In this document: positions 7,307 to 15,661 of the stretch, one piece after another
Layout of the letters: each line of letters begins with the position of its first letter
Numbering within the stretch: the stretch's first letter is position 1
Assembly: GCA_003279635.1 (NCBI GenBank)
Contig: QCHK01000001.1
Span: 5,697 to 69,696, forward strand
Direction: 5' to 3'
DNA length: 64,000 nt
Origin: Prochlorococcus sp. AG-402-B05
GTDB taxonomy: Bacteria > Cyanobacteriota > Cyanobacteriia > PCC-6307 > Cyanobiaceae
Position numbers and translations under genes: made by a program
The notes under the pieces: model-generated
Databases searched by the model: none
The model's input: the letters and a program-made list of their open reading frames with translations, nothing else
What the model was told of the DNA's origin: nothing

Positions 7307-7675
7307 TTGCACGCTGAGGCAAAACATTCTCTTTCAGGGAGTGTCATTCATACTGATGCTCCTAAAGACCATGATGGGGAAGGAAAAGATTTTGCTCCAA
7401 CTGATTTATTAGCCTCTTCTTTGGGGACTTGCGTAATAACAATTATGGCTATAGAGGCAAAACGTAGAGGATGGAAACTTGGTAATATTAAAATTGATGT
7501 TTATAAGACAATGACTGCAGTGGGGCCTAGGAAAATAAAGACTCTAGTATTAGAAATTTTTATGCCATCTGATTTGGATTCTCAAAAATATAAAATACTT
7601 CAAAATACTGTTGAGGATTCTCCTGTGAAGCTTAATCTTGAATGCTCTATTGATATTAAGTTGAAGTGGAACTAA
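7307..7675 (+). CDS. OsmC/Ohr-family protein
   Basis: TDAPKDHDGEGKDFAPTDLLASSLGTCVITIMAI is typical of the OsmC family. Domain-like sequence continues upstream of TTG 7307 (see finding). Confidence 0.75.
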   Translation: MHAEAKHSLSGSVIHTDAPKDHDGEGKDFAPTDLLASSLGTCVITIMAIEAKRRGWKLGNIKIDVYKTMTAVGPRKIKTLVLEIFMPSDLDSQKYKILQNTVEDSPVKLNLECSIDIKLKWN

Positions 7676-7703
7676 ACAAACATTTCAGACCTGAAATAAA
7701 ATT

Positions 7704-8105
7704 TTAATTATCTTTATTAGTCTGGTTATTAAAAAGTTCTTTGAGTGAATTACTTTTTACATTATTTAGCCCAAGTATTAATCCTCCAATTAGCCCAGCA
7801 TTCATTAATACAGCTTTTATTTGAAAAGGATAAAAATGAAAAATAAAAGTTGTTGGAACTATAAATATAAGCAGAAGATATGCACCGAATCTTTGCTTGA
7901 ATCCTGAAATGAAAAGTATTGAACCAAAAATCAAACAAATAATAGCTGAAAATAATAAAAAAGGAGCTAATGTTGGAGATATATTTTTATTTGATATAAC
8001 TTCAACAGTTCGTTCGAAATTTACTATTTTACCTGGAATTGCATAAATAAATATAGCTGAAATTAGGATTCTTCCTATTAAATTTTTTGTTTGTTCAAAG
8101 TTCAT
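7704..8105 (-). CDS. DoxX-family membrane protein
   Basis: 133 aa with four TM helices. RILISAIFIYAIPGKI and the overall layout are typical of DoxX. Confidence 0.65.
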   Translation of the reverse strand: MNFEQTKNLIGRILISAIFIYAIPGKIVNFERTVEVISNKNISPTLAPFLLFSAIICLIFGSILFISGFKQRFGAYLLLIFIVPTTFIFHFYPFQIKAVLMNAGLIGGLILGLNNVKSNSLKELFNNQTNKDN

Positions 8106-8550
8106 TTAATAAATACTAGGGTAAAAAATTAATTTCTCTTGGAAATTTGCAATGTTCAAATTCGTTCGAGTTTTATCATTATGGAATATATAGTTGTTTT
8201 TGTGGAAATCTTTTAGCTTTTTTGAAAAATATGATTTTAAATTGTATTGTTTTTTTTTGAAGGTATAAAAAAAGAAATCTATTGCTATATTATTTTATAG
8301 ATTATTTGATTTTTAATAATGTCTAGGGATTGGGATTCGGTTCCGACATTCTATAAGAAGGGTTCTTTCCATAATAAACTAGGTATGACATTACTCTGGA
8401 CCTTTATATCCTTGGCTTTAATTCAAATCTTTATATTGATTCTTAGTTGAATTATATTTACATAATCCTTTAATATTAGATGAGTTATCGACTTATATAA
8501 TGTAGTAAATAGTTCACTTGGTTTCAATTTATCTAAGTTTTAATTTCATT

Positions 8551-8799
8551 ATGATTCTTCTCAAAATTACTAATGCGTCAGATGTTGTTGCCTCTAAAGC
8601 AGGTAAATTATTTGAGAAAATGACCCCAGAAATGATTGATCAGAAATTAGTAGAAAGTCAGGTTATTCAGCAGATGATTGATCAACTTCAATTAGAAGGT
8701 TTAAAAGGACAGATTTCTAGTGTTAAAGGTTTAGATCTTGGTGATGATGCTTTGATAACTAATAGTAGTTTTAAAATTAGGACTACTAAGACCTTTTGA
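8551..8799 (+). CDS. 82-aa hypothetical protein
   Basis: Track ORF 8518..8799. ATG at 8551 (MILLKITNASDVV...) preferred over GTG at 8518. Confidence 0.4.
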   Translation: MILLKITNASDVVASKAGKLFEKMTPEMIDQKLVESQVIQQMIDQLQLEGLKGQISSVKGLDLGDDALITNSSFKIRTTKTF

Positions 8800-9040
8800 A
8801 ATGAAAAAAATTAAAAGTATTTAATCAATTTTTTTAAGAAGAAAATAAGAATCGCGGAAAAGAGCTATTTTGTATAGCTTGACTAGTATCTCTGTAGGTA
8901 TAAGTTTATTTTTTTGATTAGACATTTCTTAATGTTGTTGGAGTTTTTCTTATAGAAACTTAATTATTTATTATTAAGAAGAGATTCGATTTAATCACCC
9001 AGTCTTATCTATTGTTTAAGCATCTTTAAAAGCAATTGTT

Positions 9041-9802
9041 TTGGGTTTTGGTGCCCCAAAAATAAGTAATGAAGAAGAGCGCTTAAGAGCTCTTGCTGAG
9101 TATAGGATTTTAGGTACTCAGCCCGAGCAATGCTACGACGACATAACGAAAATTGCCTCTTTAACTTGTGGAACTCCTATCTCTTTGATGAGCTTGGTTG
9201 ATACAGATACGCAATGGTTTAAATCAATGTGTGGATTTGAGACGAAAGAAACCTCAAGGGACGTTTCTTTTTGTGCTCATGCAATTGCTAGTTCAGAACC
9301 ATTGATTGTTGAGGATGCTTTATTAGACGAGCGATTCAAGTCAAATCCTTTGGTGGTTGAGGAACCAAAAATTCGTTTATATGCTGGTTTTCCATTGCAA
9401 ACCCCAAATGATCAGCGAATAGGAACTCTCTGTGTGATTGATAGAAAGCCAGGACATTTGTCTGAGCAACAGCATCAAATTATGGAGGCATTATCTCGAC
9501 AGGTTGTGACCTTATTGGAACTTCGTAAAAGATCTATTCGTCTTCTTGATGCTCTTACTCATATGCATAATACGGAAGGTATTTTAACGACATGTTCATA
9601 TTGCAAAGAGGTAAGGGATTCGGATGGTGAGTGGCAGCATCTAGAAAAATACCTATCGAAAATCGCAGATATTCGTTTTAGTCATGGGATTTGCGATTTA
9701 TGTATGGAGAAGCACTTCCCTGATGTATTAGAAGTCTGGAGTGATGACAAACTTAATTTAAATAGTAAAAAAAAGAAGTCAGAATGCAAAAAAAGTAATT
9801 AG
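9041..9802 (+). CDS. GAF-domain protein with a C-terminal Cys/His-rich module
   Basis: EEERLRALAEYRILGT...FCAHAI...IRLYAGFPL...IGTLCVIDRKP is a classic GAF signature. C-terminus is CSYCKEVRDSDGEWQHLEKYLSKIADIRFSHGICDLC. TTG start. Confidence 0.75.
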   Translation: MGFGAPKISNEEERLRALAEYRILGTQPEQCYDDITKIASLTCGTPISLMSLVDTDTQWFKSMCGFETKETSRDVSFCAHAIASSEPLIVEDALLDERFKSNPLVVEEPKIRLYAGFPLQTPNDQRIGTLCVIDRKPGHLSEQQHQIMEALSRQVVTLLELRKRSIRLLDALTHMHNTEGILTTCSYCKEVRDSDGEWQHLEKYLSKIADIRFSHGICDLCMEKHFPDVLEVWSDDKLNLNSKKKKSECKKSN

Positions 9803-9898
9803 TTTCCTTGAAGATAGATTTGTGTGTGTTATCTCCTTTCTAGACTTTTGATGAATATTTAAATACTTGTAAAATTTGTTTGTAAGAAAGTTTTAAAT

Positions 9899-10765
9899 AT
9901 GATTGGTTTTATTGCAGCAATCTCAGCGGTATTGTTTTGGACATTTTCATGTTCTATTTGGCGTAAAGAATCTGAGAATTTATTACCAAGGCAAATAAAT
10001 ATTTATAAAAATGTTTTTGCTTCAATCTTATTTTTACCAGTGGTATTAACTATAAGTTGGTTATCTGATTTGAGTTCTATCTTTGTTTTGATAATAAGTG
10101 GAATAGTCGGTATTGCTATTGGTGATACTTTATATATAAATGCTTTGAAAATAATAGGAACTAGAAAAACTCTTTCATTTGAAGCTTTGACTCCAATAAT
10201 TGCAACTACTTTAGGAACATGGAGTATCGATGAGATATATCCTCAAAAAGTGTGGGTAGGATCTTTGATTGTGTCTTTCTCTTTGTTAATGATTGTACGA
10301 CAAAATACATTTCAAAAAGAAGAGCCAAGAGAACGAAATATTCTTGGTATCCTCTGCGCATTTGGATCGGTCCTTTGTGCTGTTTTGGCAGCTTTATTGT
10401 CGAGGTTGATTTTAATTGGTTCTACGTTAACCCCTTTGCAAACAACTGAAATTAGACTTTTATCAGCATCAATATTTTTATTTTTAATTTTTAAAAAAGA
10501 TTTTTTTGATATTCTTAATAAGAGAGCACTAACTAAAAAAAATCATTCAAAATTAATTTTATCAACCTTACTTGGCACTAATTTTGGAATATTATTTCAA
10601 CAGATAGTTTTTAAATTTTTACCTATTGGGATTGGTTGGACTTTACTAAGTCTTTCACCTGTCTTTGCACTTTTCATTTCAAAGAGAGAGGGAGATGAAA
10701 TAAATAAATTAACAATTTTTTATTCTTTTTTATCTTTTATTGGAGTTGCTATTACTTTAGTTTAG
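9899..10765 (+). CDS. EamA/DMT-family transporter
   Basis: 288 aa with about 10 TM helices arranged as two EamA-like halves. Confidence 0.75.
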   Translation: MIGFIAAISAVLFWTFSCSIWRKESENLLPRQINIYKNVFASILFLPVVLTISWLSDLSSIFVLIISGIVGIAIGDTLYINALKIIGTRKTLSFEALTPIIATTLGTWSIDEIYPQKVWVGSLIVSFSLLMIVRQNTFQKEEPRERNILGILCAFGSVLCAVLAALLSRLILIGSTLTPLQTTEIRLLSASIFLFLIFKKDFFDILNKRALTKKNHSKLILSTLLGTNFGILFQQIVFKFLPIGIGWTLLSLSPVFALFISKREGDEINKLTIFYSFLSFIGVAITLV

Positions 10766-11007
10766 ACCTCAAAGTAATCATTTTCTTGCCAATATTCATC
10801 TGGATCATCTTCTACGTCGGGTGGATCTTCTAGTTCTCCGGGTTTCTCACCTAGAAGTATAAGTAAACCCTCTAAATATCTCATCTCTGAAGGGTCATCT
10901 GATTTGTCAAGACGCTCCTTTACTTTTTTGGAAACTTGAGGATCACCTTGCTCAACAGCTTTTGTTAATAAATAAAGAGGATCATTTTTGGGGTCTATTT
11001 CATTCAT
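10762..11007 (-). CDS. 81-aa highly acidic hypothetical protein
   Basis: Track ORF. 13 of the last 29 residues are D/E (GEKPGELEDPPDVEDDPDEYWQENDYFEV). Confidence 0.5.
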   Translation of the reverse strand: MNEIDPKNDPLYLLTKAVEQGDPQVSKKVKERLDKSDDPSEMRYLEGLLILLGEKPGELEDPPDVEDDPDEYWQENDYFEV

Positions 11008-11054
11008 TTTAATTAAAAATTATTTAGGTAAGTGAGATTCAGTCTTTCATATAA

Positions 11055-11477
11055 TTAAGAGAAACTTCTATCTGTTGTTCCTGGATATAAAAGAGTATTT
11101 TGATCAATATTAATCTCTGAAAACTTGATAGGTTCCCAAAATAAATCTCTTGTAATTAAAAACCGAATATCTTTCTCTTTTAGAAATTTTTCATTGACAA
11201 GATCTTGTAGTTGTTTGATAGGGATTTCTCCCCATTTGCTGGAATTAGTTACCCAATCATCCATTTCCCATACAGGTTCAGAATTTATGATTTGAAATCC
11301 AAAAGCTATTTTTCTATCAACTGATATCGCCGAAAGATACCAATCACCAACAACTCCGTATAGGTGACAATAAATCAAATCATCAATCGACCCTTTGGGT
11401 TCGCTTGACATCGTCTTCATCAACTTAGCAGTTGACTCTGGAACGAGAACAAGTGGATTTTGGTTTTGCTCGGGCAA
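11055..11477 (-). CDS. 140-aa hypothetical protein, DUF2958-like
   Basis: GDWYLSAISVDRKIAFGFQI ... WGEIPIKQLQDL ... RDLFWEP matches the DUF2958 pattern as I recall it (WTWY.TE.D...FG ... ELGY.SL.EL ... ERD..F.P). Confidence 0.5.
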   Translation of the reverse strand: MPEQNQNPLVLVPESTAKLMKTMSSEPKGSIDDLIYCHLYGVVGDWYLSAISVDRKIAFGFQIINSEPVWEMDDWVTNSSKWGEIPIKQLQDLVNEKFLKEKDIRFLITRDLFWEPIKFSEINIDQNTLLYPGTTDRSFS

Positions 11478-11591
11478 AATAAAAAATTGTGTAACCCCTA
11501 TGAGAAAGGATTTAGTATCTCATTATAATTTTTCTAAAAGTCCATTTTGGTTTTTAAAATTCTTATGTAATAAATTACTAATGTTTTATTT

Positions 11592-11900
11592 CTATTGATT
11601 AGATCCAGTCGCTTTAAGCGCTTGTAAAGCCATATTTATATGTGCACCCATCGCCCCATAAGCCATAAGAGATTTAGGATCTTTAGTATTAGTGAAAACT
11701 TTCTCTTTACTATTCATGACTAGGAGTAATTTTTGACTTGCTATGGTCCAATTTTTTATTAAATCATTAAAATCCTGTTCCTCTTTACTTTTGTTATTTT
11801 CAGGAGAATTATTCAAGGATATATCTTTCTTGGCTTTTATTAAAAAAGCATTTAACTCCTTGTGACTAATAGAGTTTTTGGGAAAAAGATTTTGGTTCAA
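11592..11900 (-). CDS. 102-aa hypothetical protein
   Basis: Track ORF with a TTG start, immediately downstream of murD on the same strand. Confidence 0.45.
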   Translation of the reverse strand: MNQNLFPKNSISHKELNAFLIKAKKDISLNNSPENNKSKEEQDFNDLIKNWTIASQKLLLVMNSKEKVFTNTKDPKSLMAYGAMGAHINMALQALKATGSNQ

Positions 11901-11995
11901 CTTATTTTTGACAAATCTATTCTTAAACTATCACTTGTAAAATATAAGCTAAGGGTGGATCTCCGACCAAATCTAATCCGTTTTGAAAAATCAGA

Positions 11996-13405
11996 TCATT
12001 TTATCGGTTTATACTTTTTAACAAGATTTTTGAAATGATCCCCTCTCTCTTCGTAGTTTTTATATTGATCAAAACTTGCACAAGCTGGAGATAATAGTAT
12101 GCTTCTTGAATTTGTTTTCCTTGCTATATCAATAGATGCTATTGTTGCTTCCTCTAGATTTTGTTTGACAATTATTTCTCCTATATAAGAAGACATTAAT
12201 AATTCTTCCTTCAAGTTATTTGCACTCAGTCCAAATAAAACTATCCCATTGGTAGATTGCTTTATTTGTTTCACCCACGGCATAAAATCTCCTTTTTTTT
12301 GTATACCACCAGCTAGTAAAATTATTGGATGAGGAACAGATTTTAAACCAGTTATTGAAGAGTCGAAATTAGTTGCTTTGCTGTCATTATAAAAGCCTAA
12401 ATTATTTACCTTTCCTAAATACTCCAATCTATGGGGGATTGATTTGAATGATTTTATAGATTTAGCTATTGATGAATCATCAAGCCCTATTTCTCTTGCC
12501 GCAGCTATTGCAAGCAAGAGATTTTGCAAATTATGTTTACCTGGTATGTTAAGTATCGAACTATGAAATAGTTGTTTTTTGTCTTCAAATATATAACCTT
12601 TTTGATCGATCCAAAATTTCTGATATTTAGAGTAGAAGGATTGTTGATTTGTTCCAACCCATATACCTTTAGGTAATTCTTTCCTTTTACTTGATAAATA
12701 TTTATCATCAGAATTATAGATTCGAATGGATGATTTCTCTAGCAAGCTACGCTTTATCTTGAAATAATTTTCTATATTATTATGTCTTTCTAAATGATCA
12801 GGTGTAAATGTTGTCCATATACCTATAGTGGGTTCAACTTTTGGTGAACCTTCAATTTGAAAACTACTTAATTCTAGTACTAGCCAGTTTAACTCTTGGT
12901 CATTATTTTTCATATTTTCTAAAGCAATTTTGGATAATGCTTTTCCAACATTTCCTCCCATATCAGTATTTAAATTATTTAATTTAAGAATATGATTAAG
13001 CATGTTAGTGACGGTAGTTTTTCCATTTGTTCCAGTTATACCAACAGACGGGATATGAGTTAATCTTTCCCAAGCTAATGCCACTTCTCCCTGAACATTG
13101 ATATTTTTACCTCTTAATTCTTTTAGAGCTATATGCTTCCAATCTATCCCTGGACTTACAGTAATAGAGCAAATACTTTCTATCCAAGGCGTGAAATTAT
13201 TAATATGAAGTGGTTCGTCAAGTAAAACAACGTTGATTCCTTCTGATTTTAATTTATTAGATATATTTAATAGATTTTTATTTAAATTATTCTCTAAAAC
13301 TAAAACGTTCTTTCCTTCTGCTTTAAGTAGTTTTGCTGCACTTATTCCTGAGCATCCTAGTCCCAGTACAATATGTATTTGATTTGATTGTTTTTGTTTT
13401 GACAA
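11996..13405 (-). CDS. murD: UDP-N-acetylmuramoylalanine--D-glutamate ligase
   Basis: Rossmann motif GLGCSGISAAKLL, Mur-ligase P-loop GITGTNGKTT, and PHRLEYLG. Confidence 0.9.
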   Translation of the reverse strand: MSKQKQSNQIHIVLGLGCSGISAAKLLKAEGKNVLVLENNLNKNLLNISNKLKSEGINVVLLDEPLHINNFTPWIESICSITVSPGIDWKHIALKELRGKNINVQGEVALAWERLTHIPSVGITGTNGKTTVTNMLNHILKLNNLNTDMGGNVGKALSKIALENMKNNDQELNWLVLELSSFQIEGSPKVEPTIGIWTTFTPDHLERHNNIENYFKIKRSLLEKSSIRIYNSDDKYLSSKRKELPKGIWVGTNQQSFYSKYQKFWIDQKGYIFEDKKQLFHSSILNIPGKHNLQNLLLAIAAAREIGLDDSSIAKSIKSFKSIPHRLEYLGKVNNLGFYNDSKATNFDSSITGLKSVPHPIILLAGGIQKKGDFMPWVKQIKQSTNGIVLFGLSANNLKEELLMSSYIGEIIVKQNLEEATIASIDIARKTNSRSILLSPACASFDQYKNYEERGDHFKNLVKKYKPIK

Positions 13406-13697
13406 TTTAATTTAGGTTTTAATGTTAATAGCTTTTATCGTTTTTAGGTAGCTGTTACCTTAGAGTGAATTTGATTGCATGCTATGTTAACTACTCTCCA
13501 ATATAAAATATTTTTAAATTAGTATTGTTTTAATTTTTAAATAAAGATATTTTGCTCATTGATGCTTGAATATCTTCCATTTTAAGAAATAAAGTTGAAA
13601 TTTTAAAAATTAATTTTAATAAGATTAAACAAACGTTAATCCCTCTAGCTTTATTCTCTAAAAGTTGTTTTGATTCAAATGTATTTGCTTCTTGTTA

Positions 13698-13844
13698 ATG
13701 GCTGTAAAAATTGAAGGTATCAAAATTTTAAAAGAAAAAGAAATTCAAGATCCAAGGAATGTTGAGTATGCACTAAATGGTTTTGTAGATCAGAGCGAGA
13801 GTGAAATTAAATGGATTAAACTTCATCAAATGTTTGATAAGTAA
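13698..13844 (+). CDS. 48-aa hypothetical micro-ORF
   Basis: ATG at 13698 to TAA at 13842-13844. Peptide is MAVKIEGIKILKEKEIQDPRNVEYALNGFVDQSESEIKWIKLHQMFDK. Supported only by the open frame. Confidence 0.25.
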   Translation: MAVKIEGIKILKEKEIQDPRNVEYALNGFVDQSESEIKWIKLHQMFDK

Positions 13845-13909
13845 AAAGTTTAAAAATTTAGCTATTATTTTAATCAGTCAAATGTCTGGCACCATTAGTT
13901 ATTGGTGAA

Positions 13910-13981
<72 letters not shown>

Positions 13982-14050
13982 TTGCGAACCATCCTAGAAT
14001 TGAAGTTTCAAGTTCCTTAATGAAGTTAGCAGGCAGTAGGACCTTAACCC

Positions 14051-14839
14051 TCACTGCCTTAGTAATTTGATTCTCCATCGCTCTTTTTTTGTTTTATCAA
14101 TATTTAAAATTTTAAGTGAACCTTTTTTCTCTAAATGTATAAGGTCTCCAATATTTACTGATTTGCTGGGCTGTTCATTCAAAGCCCAGTTAAGTCGCAA
14201 ACACCCTTCCTTGATTTGTTTGATTATTTTTGATCTTGATAGTCCAAAACCTGCGGAGGCTATCGCGTCAATCCTAGTAGATGCCTCAACTGTATTGATT
14301 ACTTTCTCTGGTCTATTGAAAGGGATCTCCATGTCGTTTAAATCTAATGCGTGGATTGATATTTCAACTTCTCTTAGCTTTCCAATCTTTTGATTTATTG
14401 AATCAGCACATTTTTTTGTGCAAATAGCTTGAGCTCCTCTGTCTCTTATTAACCAAATGTCTCCAATATCATCAGCTTGCTCATGAAGTTCATGTATGAG
14501 ATCTCTAAAATCACTTTGTTTGGCTCTATCAAACAGGAAATTGCCTTTTATATAAATACCTTTGATAGGAATTTCGATAGAGGGAGAGTGCAACTCTTCT
14601 ACAGATCTGAGGAAACATATTCTTTTACGTTCTGCGCTTGGAAATCCCCCCTCGAAAAGAAGACTTATGTCATTCAAATTATTAAATCTATCTTTAACTT
14701 CCTCTATTAATTGTGCTGATACAAAAGGGGACCATATTGCTGCTCTCTCTCTTAGGGCCTTTTCCGCAAAGTGAAGCAAAGTCTCTAACTCTTTATGAAA
14801 AGGACTTTTAAATAGGATCTTTTCTTTTGGAAGACACAT
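14051..14839 (-). CDS. S4-domain RNA-binding protein (YlmH / photosystem II S4-domain protein type)
   Basis: C-terminal S4 motif RIDAIASAGFGLSRSKIIKQIKEGCLRLNW. The 262-aa length and layout match the cyanobacterial family. Confidence 0.8.
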   Translation of the reverse strand: MCLPKEKILFKSPFHKELETLLHFAEKALRERAAIWSPFVSAQLIEEVKDRFNNLNDISLLFEGGFPSAERKRICFLRSVEELHSPSIEIPIKGIYIKGNFLFDRAKQSDFRDLIHELHEQADDIGDIWLIRDRGAQAICTKKCADSINQKIGKLREVEISIHALDLNDMEIPFNRPEKVINTVEASTRIDAIASAGFGLSRSKIIKQIKEGCLRLNWALNEQPSKSVNIGDLIHLEKKGSLKILNIDKTKKERWRIKLLRQ

Positions 14840-14993
14840 TAAAAGAGATAAAATTTTCTCATTTTATTGATAAATAGTTTAGACTATTTTGTTGCTTTCT
14901 TCACATGTTTAGAGAAATATAATATTCAATCTTTGATCAAAACTATAAAAATTTATAGTAACTTTTATAAAAATATTATTGAATTAATCACTA

Positions 14994-15557
14994 TTATTTT
15001 CCTATGTTTATTATTTCTAGGTTGTCTGTTTCTTTTAGGATTTCCCAAGGTGGTTCTAGTTCCATTGGTAATTCTAGAATTAACAGCCAATAACCCTCTT
15101 CACTTTTTTTTCGAATAACTCTCAAATCATCAACAGTTTCTTGGTTAGTGCCTCCAGCTGAAAAAAAACTTCCCAGCGCTCCTGCAATCATTCCAACTAG
15201 GCCACCCAATAGCTTCTCTAATGGATTTGGGAACCCCATATTTGCAAACGTCTTCAGATCGGTCATTTGAGAAAAGCTTAGGCCTGCAATAAAACCAAAG
15301 GGTATTAACCATGTCGCTAAAGTTCTTTGGCGATCCTTTCGAGCAAGAGCTGGATTCAAAAGCTTGATGTCATTAAAATTTGATTGATTGGCAAATACTT
15401 CTTTAGATATATCTATATTAGAGCCTTCATTGTCAGTTCTATTATCCAATGGTTCTACAAGATCGCAATTAAGGATAGGTGTTTGAGCTTCTCTTAATTT
15501 GAGTAATAACTCTTTTGCTGGTTTCTTTTCTTTTAAGGTGATTACGAATGTGGACAC
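14994..15557 (-). CDS. 187-aa conserved hypothetical membrane-associated protein
   Basis: Track ORF with a GTG start. Has two Gly-rich hydrophobic segments (WLIPFGFIAGLSF and LLGGLVGMIAGALGSFF). Confidence 0.6.
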   Translation of the reverse strand: MSTFVITLKEKKPAKELLLKLREAQTPILNCDLVEPLDNRTDNEGSNIDISKEVFANQSNFNDIKLLNPALARKDRQRTLATWLIPFGFIAGLSFSQMTDLKTFANMGFPNPLEKLLGGLVGMIAGALGSFFSAGGTNQETVDDLRVIRKKSEEGYWLLILELPMELEPPWEILKETDNLEIINIGK

Positions 15558-15661
15558 AAATTAGCTCCTTGAAATGTTTGGATATTCAATCCTGCTCAAC
15601 ATAATTCTGGTCAGCGGCAAATAGATCACTAAAGTTCAGATCGGCACGTTTATCGCCCTTA

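Noticed and set aside
12505-12708. Shadow ORFs inside or antisense to large conserved genes. Examples: 12505..12708, 14067..14393, 14477..14710, 14562..14774, 15760..15951, 16826..17044, 17753..18034, 19231..19485, 19737..19982, 28310..28594, 30965..31249, 34314..34676, 35060..35341, 36523..36942, 38630..38887, 46308..46553, 47362..47607, 55862..56224, 61208..61417, 62228..62440
   Set aside because: Each lies within a gene that has strong family motifs on the other strand or frame. None has recognisable features. They are typical products of six-frame translation.
14867-15118. 83-aa plus-strand ORF between the S4-domain gene and the 187-aa gene
   Set aside because: It overlaps the 3' part of the conserved minus-strand ORF 14994..15557 and is low-complexity and AT-driven. 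Probably not coding.
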